This document shows positions 28,358 to 36,734 of a stretch of 47,969 nucleotides of DNA, piece by piece; positions within the stretch are counted from its first letter, which is position 1; each line of letters begins with the position of its first letter. Source of the stretch: Treponema sp. (GTDB lineage Bacteria; Spirochaetota; Spirochaetia; Treponematales; Breznakiellaceae); assembly GCA_031258505.1 (NCBI GenBank), contig JAIRMT010000013.1, forward strand, positions 1-47,969. Reading direction: 5' to 3'. The notes beneath the pieces are model-generated. The model saw only the letters and a program-made list of their open reading frames with translations. It was not told where the DNA came from and did not search any database. The position numbers were made by a program, and so were the translations under genes.

Positions 28358-28564
28358 ATGTCAGAACTAAGTACAAGCGCCGCGCCAAAGGGCCTGAGCG
28401 TTGACAAAGACTCGGCGCTGTCCATTCATTTTGACTGGCACACTCTGCTCCCACTCGCCTCGGTCGCATCAAGGTACTGCATACTGCACGTTGGTTGTGT
28501 CAACGTACCGTACCAAGGTTCTACCGTGGTTCATCTAGTTCAACTACTAGGAATTAAGGAGTGA
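28358..28564 (+). pseudogene. Degenerate, frameshifted 5' fragment of the permease gene. Its stop abuts the SBP start.
   Basis: MSELSTSAAPKGLSVDKDSALSIHFDW matches the full-length gene. Indels then shift the frame after ...PLASVA. TGA at 28562-28564 precedes the ATG at 28568. Confidence 0.75.
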
Positions 28565-28567
28565 ATC

Positions 28568-29599
28568 ATGAAAAAGATGCTATGTTCTTTTCTGGTTCTG
28601 TCGGTTCTTGCGGGTAGCCTATGGGCAAGCGGCAAGAAAGATTCAGCAAGTTCGGGTAGCGCGGCAGCTTCCGAACCAGCCCTGTCAGGGAAAAAGGTAA
28701 TTGTGGCGGATGCGAATTCCACCCACCACCTCAACCTCTATGTGGCTTATGAAAAGGGGCTGTTCACCAAGCGCGGTCTTGAGGTGGAAATCCAGCAGAC
28801 CAGTTCCGGGGTTGCCGCAGTGGTAGGCGGGGAAGCGGACATCGTGTTTAATTGCCCCACCGGAGTCATTACGCCTATCGCCAAAGGGCAAAACATCACC
28901 ATCATCGGTCAGGTGAAAATTCCTTGCACTTCCGTACTGGTCGTCCCGGCTGACTCGCCTTACAAAACGCCGGCTGACCTCAAGGATCTGCAAATCGCCG
29001 GGCTGTCTACCACCTGCTGCGCCGTGGTGATTATCCGGGATGCCCTTCAGGAGCAATACAATACCGAGTTTGAACTGGTAACACTAGCTCCGGCTGCGGC
29101 GATACAGGCCCTTGAAGCCGGGCAGGTGAAGGGCGCGATCCTTGAGGAACCTTTTGTCGCTCTGGCTCTGCTCCAGAAAGATGCCAATGGCGAGGCAACA
29201 TACAAGACGCTTTTTGACGGCACTTCCGATGCGGACGGCGACGGCAATAACGACGCGAACCTTGCTGGGGTTAATCCTCCCTGCCGGACTATCAACGCCA
29301 ACACCAGCTTTGTGGCCTCCCGCGAAAGCGATGCGAAAGCCTTTATTGAGGCCATCGCTGAAGCAGACCAGCTTATCCTGGCAAATCCGGTCGCCCCGGA
29401 CATCGTGGACATTGCCGCCAAATACGTCAGCGTTGACCGGCAGGCAATCATCAACAGCAACCCGAAACTAGGCTTTACCACCCAGCTTGATACAGCCGGC
29501 CTCATCGGTTACGCCGATGCCCTGGTAAAACTGGGAACCATCGACCGGAATCCGGGCGAGGCCCTGTTTGCCCCGCAGTTTAAGGGAATCACCTGGTAG
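28568..29599 (+). CDS. ABC transporter substrate-binding protein, NMT1/SsuA/TauA-like (NitT/TauT family)
   Basis: 343 aa with a signal peptide and AAGGAG SD. It is followed by a matching permease and ATPase. Confidence 0.8.
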   Translation: MKKMLCSFLVLSVLAGSLWASGKKDSASSGSAAASEPALSGKKVIVADANSTHHLNLYVAYEKGLFTKRGLEVEIQQTSSGVAAVVGGEADIVFNCPTGVITPIAKGQNITIIGQVKIPCTSVLVVPADSPYKTPADLKDLQIAGLSTTCCAVVIIRDALQEQYNTEFELVTLAPAAAIQALEAGQVKGAILEEPFVALALLQKDANGEATYKTLFDGTSDADGDGNNDANLAGVNPPCRTINANTSFVASRESDAKAFIEAIAEADQLILANPVAPDIVDIAAKYVSVDRQAIINSNPKLGFTTQLDTAGLIGYADALVKLGTIDRNPGEALFAPQFKGITW

Positions 29600-29638
29600 A
29601 GCAATCCGCAGGGCTGCCATTAGAAAAGGAGATGAAAA

Positions 29639-30508
29639 ATGAGAGCTAAAAATAGCGGCCTTGCATTTTTTGGAGAAGAAACCATGACTGATTACGAGAC
29701 AAAAGGTATCCGCCGGGTCTTGCTTGAACTCGGCGGCTTCCTCAAAAATTCCTTGGGGAATTTTTTCTCCCCAGAATTTTTGTGCGTTTTAATACCATTG
29801 CTCCTGCTCTGGGAATTCCTGCCTCGCTGGGGAGTGCTACCCGAAGGACTTGTCCCCAGCCTTTCAACAGTAGTGGCGCGTTTCTGGTATATGCTCTGGC
29901 ACAAACAGCTTGTCCTACACATCGGTATCAGCATGGGGCGTTTCTTTACGGCTTTCGGCATAGCCGTTGTTTTGGCGGTTCCCATCGGCCTCTTGATGGG
30001 CTGGAATCTTAAAATCCGCGCCTTTGTACTGCCCCTCTGGCAGTTACTCTCGCCCATACCACCGCCAGCCTGGGTTCCCATGACAATCATCTTTTTCGGT
30101 ATCGGATCAAAAATGCACATCTTCCTCATGTTCATCGGGATTTTTTATCCCGTGCTGTTTAACACCTACCAAGGAATCAAAGACACCGACCCTCGCTACC
30201 TCGCTTCGGCCCGAGTCTTCGGAGCCAGCGAATTCACCCTGCTGCGGAAAGTCTATTTTTGGCACGCTTTCGGTTCCATCATCATGAGCCTCAAGACTGG
30301 CGTCGCAATGGGGCTGGTGATGCTGCTCATCGGCGAATCCTACGGCGGGCGTTACGGCATTGGTTATCTTTTGGGGCAGGCAAAAGATTATTTTGTCATT
30401 CCCGAAATGATGGTCTGTATGGCAATCCTCGGCTGGATTGGCTGGTTCCTTATCGAAATTCTCAAATACATCGAGATAAAACTTGCGGTGTGGAAAGTGG
30501 GGAGATAG
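29639..30508 (+). CDS. ABC transporter permease (NitT/TauT family, SsuC/TauC-like)
   Basis: Polytopic BPD-transporter-type protein. An alternative start is at 29684 (MTDYETKG). Confidence 0.85.
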   Translation: MRAKNSGLAFFGEETMTDYETKGIRRVLLELGGFLKNSLGNFFSPEFLCVLIPLLLLWEFLPRWGVLPEGLVPSLSTVVARFWYMLWHKQLVLHIGISMGRFFTAFGIAVVLAVPIGLLMGWNLKIRAFVLPLWQLLSPIPPPAWVPMTIIFFGIGSKMHIFLMFIGIFYPVLFNTYQGIKDTDPRYLASARVFGASEFTLLRKVYFWHAFGSIIMSLKTGVAMGLVMLLIGESYGGRYGIGYLLGQAKDYFVIPEMMVCMAILGWIGWFLIEILKYIEIKLAVWKVGR

Positions 30509-30515
30509 GCGCGAC

Positions 30516-31421
30516 ATGATTGAAGCAAAAAGCATCGGCAAATTTTTTTCAGTTATAAACGAGAAGGGAATCGCCGAGGGGCTTACGGCAGTGTTAAACG
30601 TGTCCCTCACCATTCCTGACGGTAAAATCGTTTCGCTTCTGGGACCATCCGGCTGCGGCAAGTCAACGTTTCTGGAAATCCTGGCTGGATTGCAAGCGCC
30701 CACTGACGGCACGATTCACATAGACGGCAAGCTGGTGCTGGAACCGCTGCCCGCAACACGCAAAGAGCAAATCGCCTACAGACGGCGTTACCGGTTTATC
30801 TCTCCCCTTGCCAACGGCGTGTTCCGCGACCACCCCAAGCATGACATCGCCATGATATTTCAGGATTACGCAGTTTTCCCCTGGATGACGGCGAGCCAAA
30901 ACGTGGAGTTCGCGCTCAAACTGCGCAACGCCGGAAGAACAGGACCAGCCCGGCTCAAACGGGCAGAACTCACCGAGAAGGCGCGCTTCTACTTACACAA
31001 AGTAGGCTTGAGCAGCTTCGCCAATAAGTACCCATCTCAACTTTCAGGCGGTATGCGCCAGCGCCTTGCTCTTGCCCGCGCCCTTTCGGTGGAACCAAAA
31101 ATTATTTTGATGGACGAGCCATTCGCAGCAGTGGACGCATTAACCCGCGAAAAATTGCAGGACGAATTACTACGACTCTGGAACGAGATAACGCCATCTC
31201 CGATTACCATTATACTTGTTACCCACGAAGTGCAGGAGGCAGTGTACCTTTCCGACGAGGTGATTGTCTTTTCACCAGGACCGGGAACTATCCGCAATCG
31301 AATCCCCATTGAGACCAAACGCCCCAGAGCTAGAACCGATTCGACGCTGGTAGAAATTCAGGAGCGTATTTTCGCCATGTTTCAATATGACCTTAATCAG
31401 GAGGCAGATTATTCAATATGA
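30516..31421 (+). CDS. ABC transporter ATP-binding protein (SsuB/TauB-like)
   Basis: Start at 30516 ([11 protein letters not shown]). Walker [10 protein letters not shown], signature LSGGMRQR and Walker [12 protein letters not shown] are present. Confidence 0.9.
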   Translation: MIEAKSIGKFFSVINEKGIAEGLTAVLNVSLTIPDGKIVSLLGPSGCGKSTFLEILAGLQAPTDGTIHIDGKLVLEPLPATRKEQIAYRRRYRFISPLANGVFRDHPKHDIAMIFQDYAVFPWMTASQNVEFALKLRNAGRTGPARLKRAELTEKARFYLHKVGLSSFANKYPSQLSGGMRQRLALARALSVEPKIILMDEPFAAVDALTREKLQDELLRLWNEITPSPITIILVTHEVQEAVYLSDEVIVFSPGPGTIRNRIPIETKRPRARTDSTLVEIQERIFAMFQYDLNQEADYSI

Positions 31422-32374
31422 GTGTTAATCTTACGGATAGTCGTGGAAAAATCTATAGCAATATCACCGAAGCGAGGGGAAATACGCCGCTGGTAAAACT
31501 GGCGAAACTCGGCTTGGGACTTCCGGCAACCGTGCTTGCCAAAGTGGAATCTTTTAATCCTATGAATAGCGTCAAGTGTCGTATTGGCGCGGCTATGCTG
31601 GACGCCGCTGAACGGGACGGTAAACTCAAACCCAGCGGTATAGTGATTGAGCCGACCAGCGGCAATACCGGCATAGGGCTTGCTTTTGCCTGTGCCGCCA
31701 GAGGCTATAAACTTGTTCTTACCATGCCGGAAACAATGTCGGTTGAACGACGCAAGCTGGCCCAAATGCTAGGCGCAGATGTGGTGCTGACCAGCGGCAA
31801 AGACGGCATGAAGGGCGCCATGCGTAAAGCCGAAGAACTGGTAAGCCAGACGCCCGGAAGTTTCATGCCGCTGCAATTTGACAACCCTGCCAATCCCGAG
31901 GCGCACCGCCGCACCACCGCTGAGGAAATCTGGGCTGACACTGCTGGAAACGTGGATATCTTTGTCGCCGGAGTGGGAACTGGCGGAACCATCACTGGCG
32001 TGGGCGAGGTGCTGAAAAAGCGCAAGAACAACGTGAAAATAATCGCTGTGGAGCCTGACGCATCTCCGGTTCTTTCAGGCGGTTTGCCCGGACCCCACCG
32101 CATACAGGGTATCGGGGCGGGCTTTATCCCCAAAGTGTTGAACCGTTCCATCATTGACGAGATTGTGCGCGTTACCAACGAGGACGCAATCATCACCGCC
32201 CGCAGGGTTGCCCGTATGGAAGGCATACTCGTTGGCATTTCCGCAGGAGCTGCAGTGTGGGCCGCTCTGCAAATCGCCGCGCAGCCGGAAAATAACGGAA
32301 AAAATATCGTGGTTATTCTCCCCGATTCAGGGGAGCGGTATCTGTCAACACAGCTTTCTGACCTGGAGGTATGA
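31418..32374 (+). CDS. cysK: Cysteine synthase A paralogue
   Basis: 318 aa with NPMNSVKCR (PLP lysine), TSGNTG and GTGGTITG. Its ATG overlaps the ATPase stop (ATGA). Confidence 0.92.
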   Translation: MSVNLTDSRGKIYSNITEARGNTPLVKLAKLGLGLPATVLAKVESFNPMNSVKCRIGAAMLDAAERDGKLKPSGIVIEPTSGNTGIGLAFACAARGYKLVLTMPETMSVERRKLAQMLGADVVLTSGKDGMKGAMRKAEELVSQTPGSFMPLQFDNPANPEAHRRTTAEEIWADTAGNVDIFVAGVGTGGTITGVGEVLKKRKNNVKIIAVEPDASPVLSGGLPGPHRIQGIGAGFIPKVLNRSIIDEIVRVTNEDAIITARRVARMEGILVGISAGAAVWAALQIAAQPENNGKNIVVILPDSGERYLSTQLSDLEV

Positions 32375-32375
32375 A

Positions 32376-32831
32376 TTGAAAAGCCTTGTTTTTCTCTTTC
32401 TTGCGATTTTCGTTACAGCCTGCTCATCGCGGCAAGAACTTGACGACCCGCCAATCATCACATCGGCGAGTTATCAGCATACCTTGTACAACGGCAGGGG
32501 ACAAAGCATTGACGCAAGAGCGGCAAAAGAAGATGCCCCAATCGCCGTTACCTATTATACGTCGGAAGCTGATTATGATGCAGACCAAAATGGTTTCTCC
32601 CAAGCGCCAAGCGAAGTCGGCCTCTACTACGCGCGAATCCGACGACCAGAAGGCAACGGGTACAAACAGGGAAGGGACATCAAGGTTGAGTATCGTATTC
32701 AAAAAGCGCTGCAAGCGCCGGAAGTTTTATCTGGCGCGAATCAGCAGTCTACAGACAATGGAGTATTGTCTACAGACAACGGCTCATTGTCTACAGACAA
32801 CGGAGTATTGTCTACAGACAATGGAGCGTAG
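32376..32831 (+). CDS. Small lipoprotein with C-terminal STDNG[V/S]L heptad repeats
   Basis: An in-frame TTG at 32376 lies 5 nt after GGAGG. The N-terminus (M)KSLVFLFLAIFVTAC has a lipobox. The upstream part of track ORF 32154.. lies inside cysK. Confidence 0.65.
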   Translation: MKSLVFLFLAIFVTACSSRQELDDPPIITSASYQHTLYNGRGQSIDARAAKEDAPIAVTYYTSEADYDADQNGFSQAPSEVGLYYARIRRPEGNGYKQGRDIKVEYRIQKALQAPEVLSGANQQSTDNGVLSTDNGSLSTDNGVLSTDNGA

Positions 32832-32930
32832 TCTGTAGACTATGGAGCGTAGTCTGTAGACTATGGAGCGTAGTCTGTAGACTATGAGGCGTAGTCTGTA
32901 GACTATGAGGCGTAGTCTGTAGACTATGAC
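32747..32930. repeat. 21-bp tandem repeat, about 9 units in two subfamilies
   Basis: Four GTCTACAGACAAyGG... units (coding) are followed by five GTCTGTAGACTATGrrGCGTA units (non-coding). The junction holds the lipoprotein stop codon. Confidence 0.92.
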
Positions 32931-32951
32931 AGGAGGAAAACTTTTAAGACT

Positions 32952-33881
32952 ATGAATATGCTTGATTTAATCGGGAATACCCCGCTGGTTGAACTTAAAA
33001 AAATCTCCGCTGAACTTAATGGCGTGTCGATACATGCTAAGGCGGAGTTCCGCAATCCTTCTGGTTCCGTCAAGGATCGGGCGGCAAAAGCCATGCTCCT
33101 TGACGGCATTGAATCCGGCAAACTATGTCCCGGAAAGACCATCATCGACGCCTCAAGCGGCAACACGGGTATTGCCTACGCCATTTTAGGAGCAATCTTG
33201 GGCTATCCAGTAAGAATATATCTTCCGGCAAACGCCAGTTGGGAACGAAAAGCCTTCATCGCCTGCTGTGGAACAGCCGTTGTGGAGACCAATGCCCTGG
33301 AAAGCTCCGATGGCGCGTATCTGGCCGCAAAAGCCGAAGCGGAATCCCAAGCAGATAAATACTTCTGGCCTGACCAGTACAACAACGATGCTAACTGGAA
33401 AGCCCACTACCATACCACTGGTGTTGAAATATGGGAACAGACAGAGGGCAAAATTACTCACTTTATTACTGGCATGGGTACATCAGGAACATTCATGGGA
33501 ACTTCTCGAAGGCTCAAGGAGTACAACAAAAGCATTGAGGCTGTGGCAGTACAGCCTGATTCGCCCTTCCACGGCATTGAAGGAACAAAGCACATGGCCA
33601 GTTCCATTAAACCGGGATTTTACGATGAAACATTCCCCGACCGTTTTGTCATGGTCAATACTGAGGCGGCCTATGCCATGACTCGCAGACTTGTCCGTGA
33701 TGAAGGTCTTTTCGTGGGAATCAGTTCCGGCGCAAACGTGCAGGCTGCCCTTGACCTGGGGCGCACCTTGCCCCCAGGTTCGCTCATTGTTACCATGTTA
33801 TGCGATTCGGGCTTCCGCTATCTTTCGGATGCGTTCTGGAACATACCAGTTGAACTCAAAGGTCATGGAGAAGGAATATGA
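32952..33881 (+). CDS. cysM: CysM-type cysteine synthase (probably sulfur-carrier-protein dependent)
   Basis: 309 aa with NPSGSVKDR and SSGNTG. It is translationally coupled (ATGA) to the JAMM-CysO gene and followed by moeZ, as in the mycobacterial CysM/CysO/Mec/MoeZ system. Confidence 0.85.
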   Translation: MNMLDLIGNTPLVELKKISAELNGVSIHAKAEFRNPSGSVKDRAAKAMLLDGIESGKLCPGKTIIDASSGNTGIAYAILGAILGYPVRIYLPANASWERKAFIACCGTAVVETNALESSDGAYLAAKAEAESQADKYFWPDQYNNDANWKAHYHTTGVEIWEQTEGKITHFITGMGTSGTFMGTSRRLKEYNKSIEAVAVQPDSPFHGIEGTKHMASSIKPGFYDETFPDRFVMVNTEAAYAMTRRLVRDEGLFVGISSGANVQAALDLGRTLPPGSLIVTMLCDSGFRYLSDAFWNIPVELKGHGEGI

Positions 33882-34579
33882 TTCAGTTGTCCGCTCAATG
33901 TTTAGACGCAATCCGTACAGAAGGTGAAAAGGCGTACCCGAATGAGTGCTGCGGCGCTTTGTTAGGCGTAATTTTTGATGATGACAAGCGCCTAGTTCAA
34001 AGCATCTTTCCCATTACCAATGCCCGCGAGCAAACGGAACAGTACCATCGCTTTGAAATAGAACCGGAAGATTTGCTGCGGGCTGAAAAAGAGGCAAGGT
34101 CGCAAAATAGGGACGTGCTTGGATTTTACCATTCCCACCCGGATCATCCGGCGCGTCCCTCAGAATACGACCGGAACAACGCCTTTCCATTTTATTCGTA
34201 TCTGATTGTATCGGTTGAGAAAAAGAAGGCGGCGGCTCTGACAAGCTGGCGGCTTTCCGACGACCGGAAAGAAATTTTTGAAGAAGTAGTTAAGGAGGAA
34301 ACTATGGCGGTAATCATTCAAATCCCGACAGCCCTGCGGGGTTTTACGGAACGGAAACATGAAGTTGAGGTTGAAGGCCAGACCGTAGGTGAGGCAATCA
34401 ATGCCCTTGCCGGAAAGTACCCGGACTTGCGGCAGCATCTTTATCAAGGTGAAAATTTGCGTTCGTTTATCAACGTGTTTGTAGGCGATACCAACATTAA
34501 GAAACTTGAAGGGCTTGATACAAAACTGTCAGGTAACGAAACAGTCATGCTGGTTCCAGCAATCGCTGGCGGCGCCTAA
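33878..34579 (+). CDS. In-frame fusion of a JAMM/MPN+ metalloprotease (Mec-like) and a ThiS/MoaD-type sulfur carrier (CysO-like)
   Basis: The N-terminal 142 aa carry ECCGALLG and HSHPDHPARPSEYD (the JAMM motif). The C-terminal 91 aa form a beta-grasp-sized domain ending AIAGGA. No stop codon lies between the domains. Confidence 0.85.
   Translation: MIQLSAQCLDAIRTEGEKAYPNECCGALLGVIFDDDKRLVQSIFPITNAREQTEQYHRFEIEPEDLLRAEKEARSQNRDVLGFYHSHPDHPARPSEYDRNNAFPFYSYLIVSVEKKKAAALTSWRLSDDRKEIFEEVVKEETMAVIIQIPTALRGFTERKHEVEVEGQTVGEAINALAGKYPDLRQHLYQGENLRSFINVFVGDTNIKKLEGLDTKLSGNETVMLVPAIAGGA
34304..34579 (+). CDS. cysO: Possible independently translated CysO-like sulfur carrier (internal start)
   Basis: The ATG at 34304 is in frame and preceded by AAGGAGG at 34292-34298 (5-nt spacing). 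The product MAVIIQIP...VPAIAGGA is 91 aa. Confidence 0.5.
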   Translation: MAVIIQIPTALRGFTERKHEVEVEGQTVGEAINALAGKYPDLRQHLYQGENLRSFINVFVGDTNIKKLEGLDTKLSGNETVMLVPAIAGGA

Positions 34580-34580
34580 C

Positions 34581-35762
34581 ATGAACTCTATTATAGAAGA
34601 AAGCCGCCTCATTAGTCTCACCAACGAGGAGATTGCCCGCTACAGCCGCCATCTTCTCTTGCTAGAAGTCGGCATTGAGGGACAGAAACGGCTCAAGGCG
34701 GCGAAGGTCTTGCTTGTGGGAACTGGCGGCCTCGGCGCTCCACTTGCGCTTTACCTTGCCGCCAGTGGCGTGGGGACTATCGGCATCGTGGACTTTGACT
34801 TTGTGGAGGAATCAAACCTTCAGCGACAGGTGATCCATTCCACACGGGATGTGGGTCGTCCTAAAGTCGCGTCAGCGCAGGAGCGCATCAAGGGCATAAA
34901 TCCAAAGTGCAATGTGATAACGTATAACACTATGCTCAACAGCGGCAACGCCCTTGACATCATCAAAGAATACGACATTGTTGCTGACGGTACTGACAAT
35001 TACCAGACCCGCTACCTTGTGAACGATGCCTGCGTGTTATTGGGAAAGCCCAATGTGTATGGCTCGGTATTTCAATTTGAAGGGCAGGTTTCGGTTTTCT
35101 TCGCCAAAGAAGGACCTTGCTACCGCTGCCTGTACCCGGAACCGCCGCCGCCGGGACTCGTACCCTCCTGCGCCGAAGGCGGCGTTGTCGGGGTATTGCC
35201 CGGCATCATCGGCTGTATTCAGGCAAACGAAGTAATCAAACTCATTACCGGTTTCCGGGAAGAGGATGGCGCAAGCCTTATCGGGCGGCTGCTTCTTTTT
35301 GACGCATGGAAAATGAAGTTTCGGGAACTCGTTCTGGACAAAGAAAGCGCCTGCCCTATCTGCGGCGCAAACCCCACAATCCATGAGTTGATTGATTACG
35401 AGCAATTCTGCGGCCTTAAAAAAAGCGATGAGGCGGAACCCATAGAAACCATCAGCGCAACAGAACTGAAATCCCGGCTGGATGCGGGCGTTCCAGTACA
35501 AATCATCGACATCCGGGAACCTCACGAGCGGGCAATCGCAAAGTTTCCCAACGCAAAGTCAATCCCTCTGGGGCAGATGACCCGCCGCATTGACGAGTTT
35601 GACCCAGCGATTGACTCGGTATTCATCTGTAAAATTGGACAGCGGAGTGTTTTCGCCATTCACGCCTTACGCGAGGCTGGCTACAAGGGCCGGCTGCTCA
35701 ACTTGAAAGACGGTGTGAACGGCTGGGCGCGGGAAGTGGACAGGCTGCTGCCTGTTTATTAA
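34581..35762 (+). CDS. moeZ: MoeZ/MoeB-like E1 adenylyltransferase with C-terminal rhodanese domain
   Basis: Start at 34581, 1 nt after the CysO stop. It has the nucleotide loop VGTGGLGAP, CxxC pairs (CYRC, CPIC) and a rhodanese active-site loop (CKIGQRS). Confidence 0.88.
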   Translation: MNSIIEESRLISLTNEEIARYSRHLLLLEVGIEGQKRLKAAKVLLVGTGGLGAPLALYLAASGVGTIGIVDFDFVEESNLQRQVIHSTRDVGRPKVASAQERIKGINPKCNVITYNTMLNSGNALDIIKEYDIVADGTDNYQTRYLVNDACVLLGKPNVYGSVFQFEGQVSVFFAKEGPCYRCLYPEPPPPGLVPSCAEGGVVGVLPGIIGCIQANEVIKLITGFREEDGASLIGRLLLFDAWKMKFRELVLDKESACPICGANPTIHELIDYEQFCGLKKSDEAEPIETISATELKSRLDAGVPVQIIDIREPHERAIAKFPNAKSIPLGQMTRRIDEFDPAIDSVFICKIGQRSVFAIHALREAGYKGRLLNLKDGVNGWAREVDRLLPVY

Positions 35763-35780
35763 ATAGAAAGGAGAATGATT

Positions 35781-36734
35781 ATGGCAGAAAAGACAATCAA
35801 CGCATTGGGACGGAGCGCGGCATATCAGCTTGCGAATGTTACAAAAACACCGCCCCAGTTTGGCTCCCTTACCCCTAAATGGCTTACAAGGGTACTGGAA
35901 TTCAAAGGACTTGAAGCGGGTATTTACCGGGTTAATCGGGTCGCTGAGGGCGAAACGCCTCTTGACGTTCTGTGCAGCCAGGACCCGAAAAAAGTTGAGA
36001 TTCCCCAGGGCTTCGTGGATTACGTTTCAAAACCGCGGGAGTATCAACTCAGCTCAATATCCACGATTATCAATGTGGACACTAAAGTTTCAGATGTCTA
36101 CAGTTCGCCGTATGACCAGACTCAGGAACAGATAAAGCTGGCAGTTGAAAGCCTCAAGGAGCGGCAGGAGAGTCAAATCATCAACAGCGATGATTACGGC
36201 CTCCTCAAAAACGCCGTGGACAGTCAGCGTATACAAACCCGCTACGGCCGCCCCATGCCCGACGACTTGGATGAACTCATCACCAAAGTATGGAAAGAGC
36301 CGAGTTTCTTCCTGGCTCATCCTCGCGCTATCGCCGCCTTTGAGCGGGAATGCACCCGTCGGGGCGTCCCGCCGGTAACGGTAACTATTGCCGGAGGAAT
36401 TTTTATCGCGTGGCGGGGCATTCCTCTTATTCCCACGGACAAGCTCTTTGTGGACGGCCTCAAGAACCCCAAAGCCAAAACCGGCAAGACCAATATCCTG
36501 TTAGTCCGTACCGGTGAAGCCAAACGCGGTGTTGTGGGCCTCTACCAGGCTGGCGTTCCGGGCGAACAGAGTCGCGGTCTTTCGGTGCGTTTTCGGGGCA
36601 TTGACGATAATGGCGTTGCCTCGTACCTCCTCTCGGTGTACTGCTCCGCAGCCATTCTCGCTGATGATGCTGTGGCCGTGCTGGAAGACGTGGAGGTAGG
36701 AGATTACTATGAATATACCCAACAGCCGGTTTAG
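35781..36734 (+). CDS. Family 2A encapsulin shell protein (SrpI-like, HK97-fold nanocompartment)
   Basis: Recalled SrpI-family motifs are present: GIYRVNRV, PREYQLSSIST, KVSDVYSSPYDQ, KVWKEPSFFLAHPRAIAAFERECTRRGVPP, WRGIPLIPTDK and ILLVRTGEAKRGVVGLYQ. The ATG at 35781 has AAGGAG 7 nt upstream. Confidence 0.8.
   Translation: MAEKTINALGRSAAYQLANVTKTPPQFGSLTPKWLTRVLEFKGLEAGIYRVNRVAEGETPLDVLCSQDPKKVEIPQGFVDYVSKPREYQLSSISTIINVDTKVSDVYSSPYDQTQEQIKLAVESLKERQESQIINSDDYGLLKNAVDSQRIQTRYGRPMPDDLDELITKVWKEPSFFLAHPRAIAAFERECTRRGVPPVTVTIAGGIFIAWRGIPLIPTDKLFVDGLKNPKAKTGKTNILLVRTGEAKRGVVGLYQAGVPGEQSRGLSVRFRGIDDNGVASYLLSVYCSAAILADDAVAVLEDVEVGDYYEYTQQPV

Larger units (their letters stand above)
28121..28545 (+). 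repeat. Copy B of the dispersed direct repeat
   Basis: It aligns with 21176-21640 of copy A and includes the last ~70 nt of the NifX-like gene. Confidence 0.85.

Noticed and set aside
32154-32375. The upstream two-fifths of track ORF 32154..32831 would make a 225-aa protein.
   Set aside because: That part overlaps the 3' end of cysK in another frame and has no start with an SD. A TTG at 32376 follows GGAGG and yields a canonical lipoprotein signal peptide.
34506-34580. The track ORF for the MoeZ-like gene has an upstream extension starting at 34506.
   Set aside because: The extension overlaps the CysO coding end. The ATG at 34581 gives the normal family N-terminus (..LTNEEIARYSRHLLL) immediately after the CysO stop.
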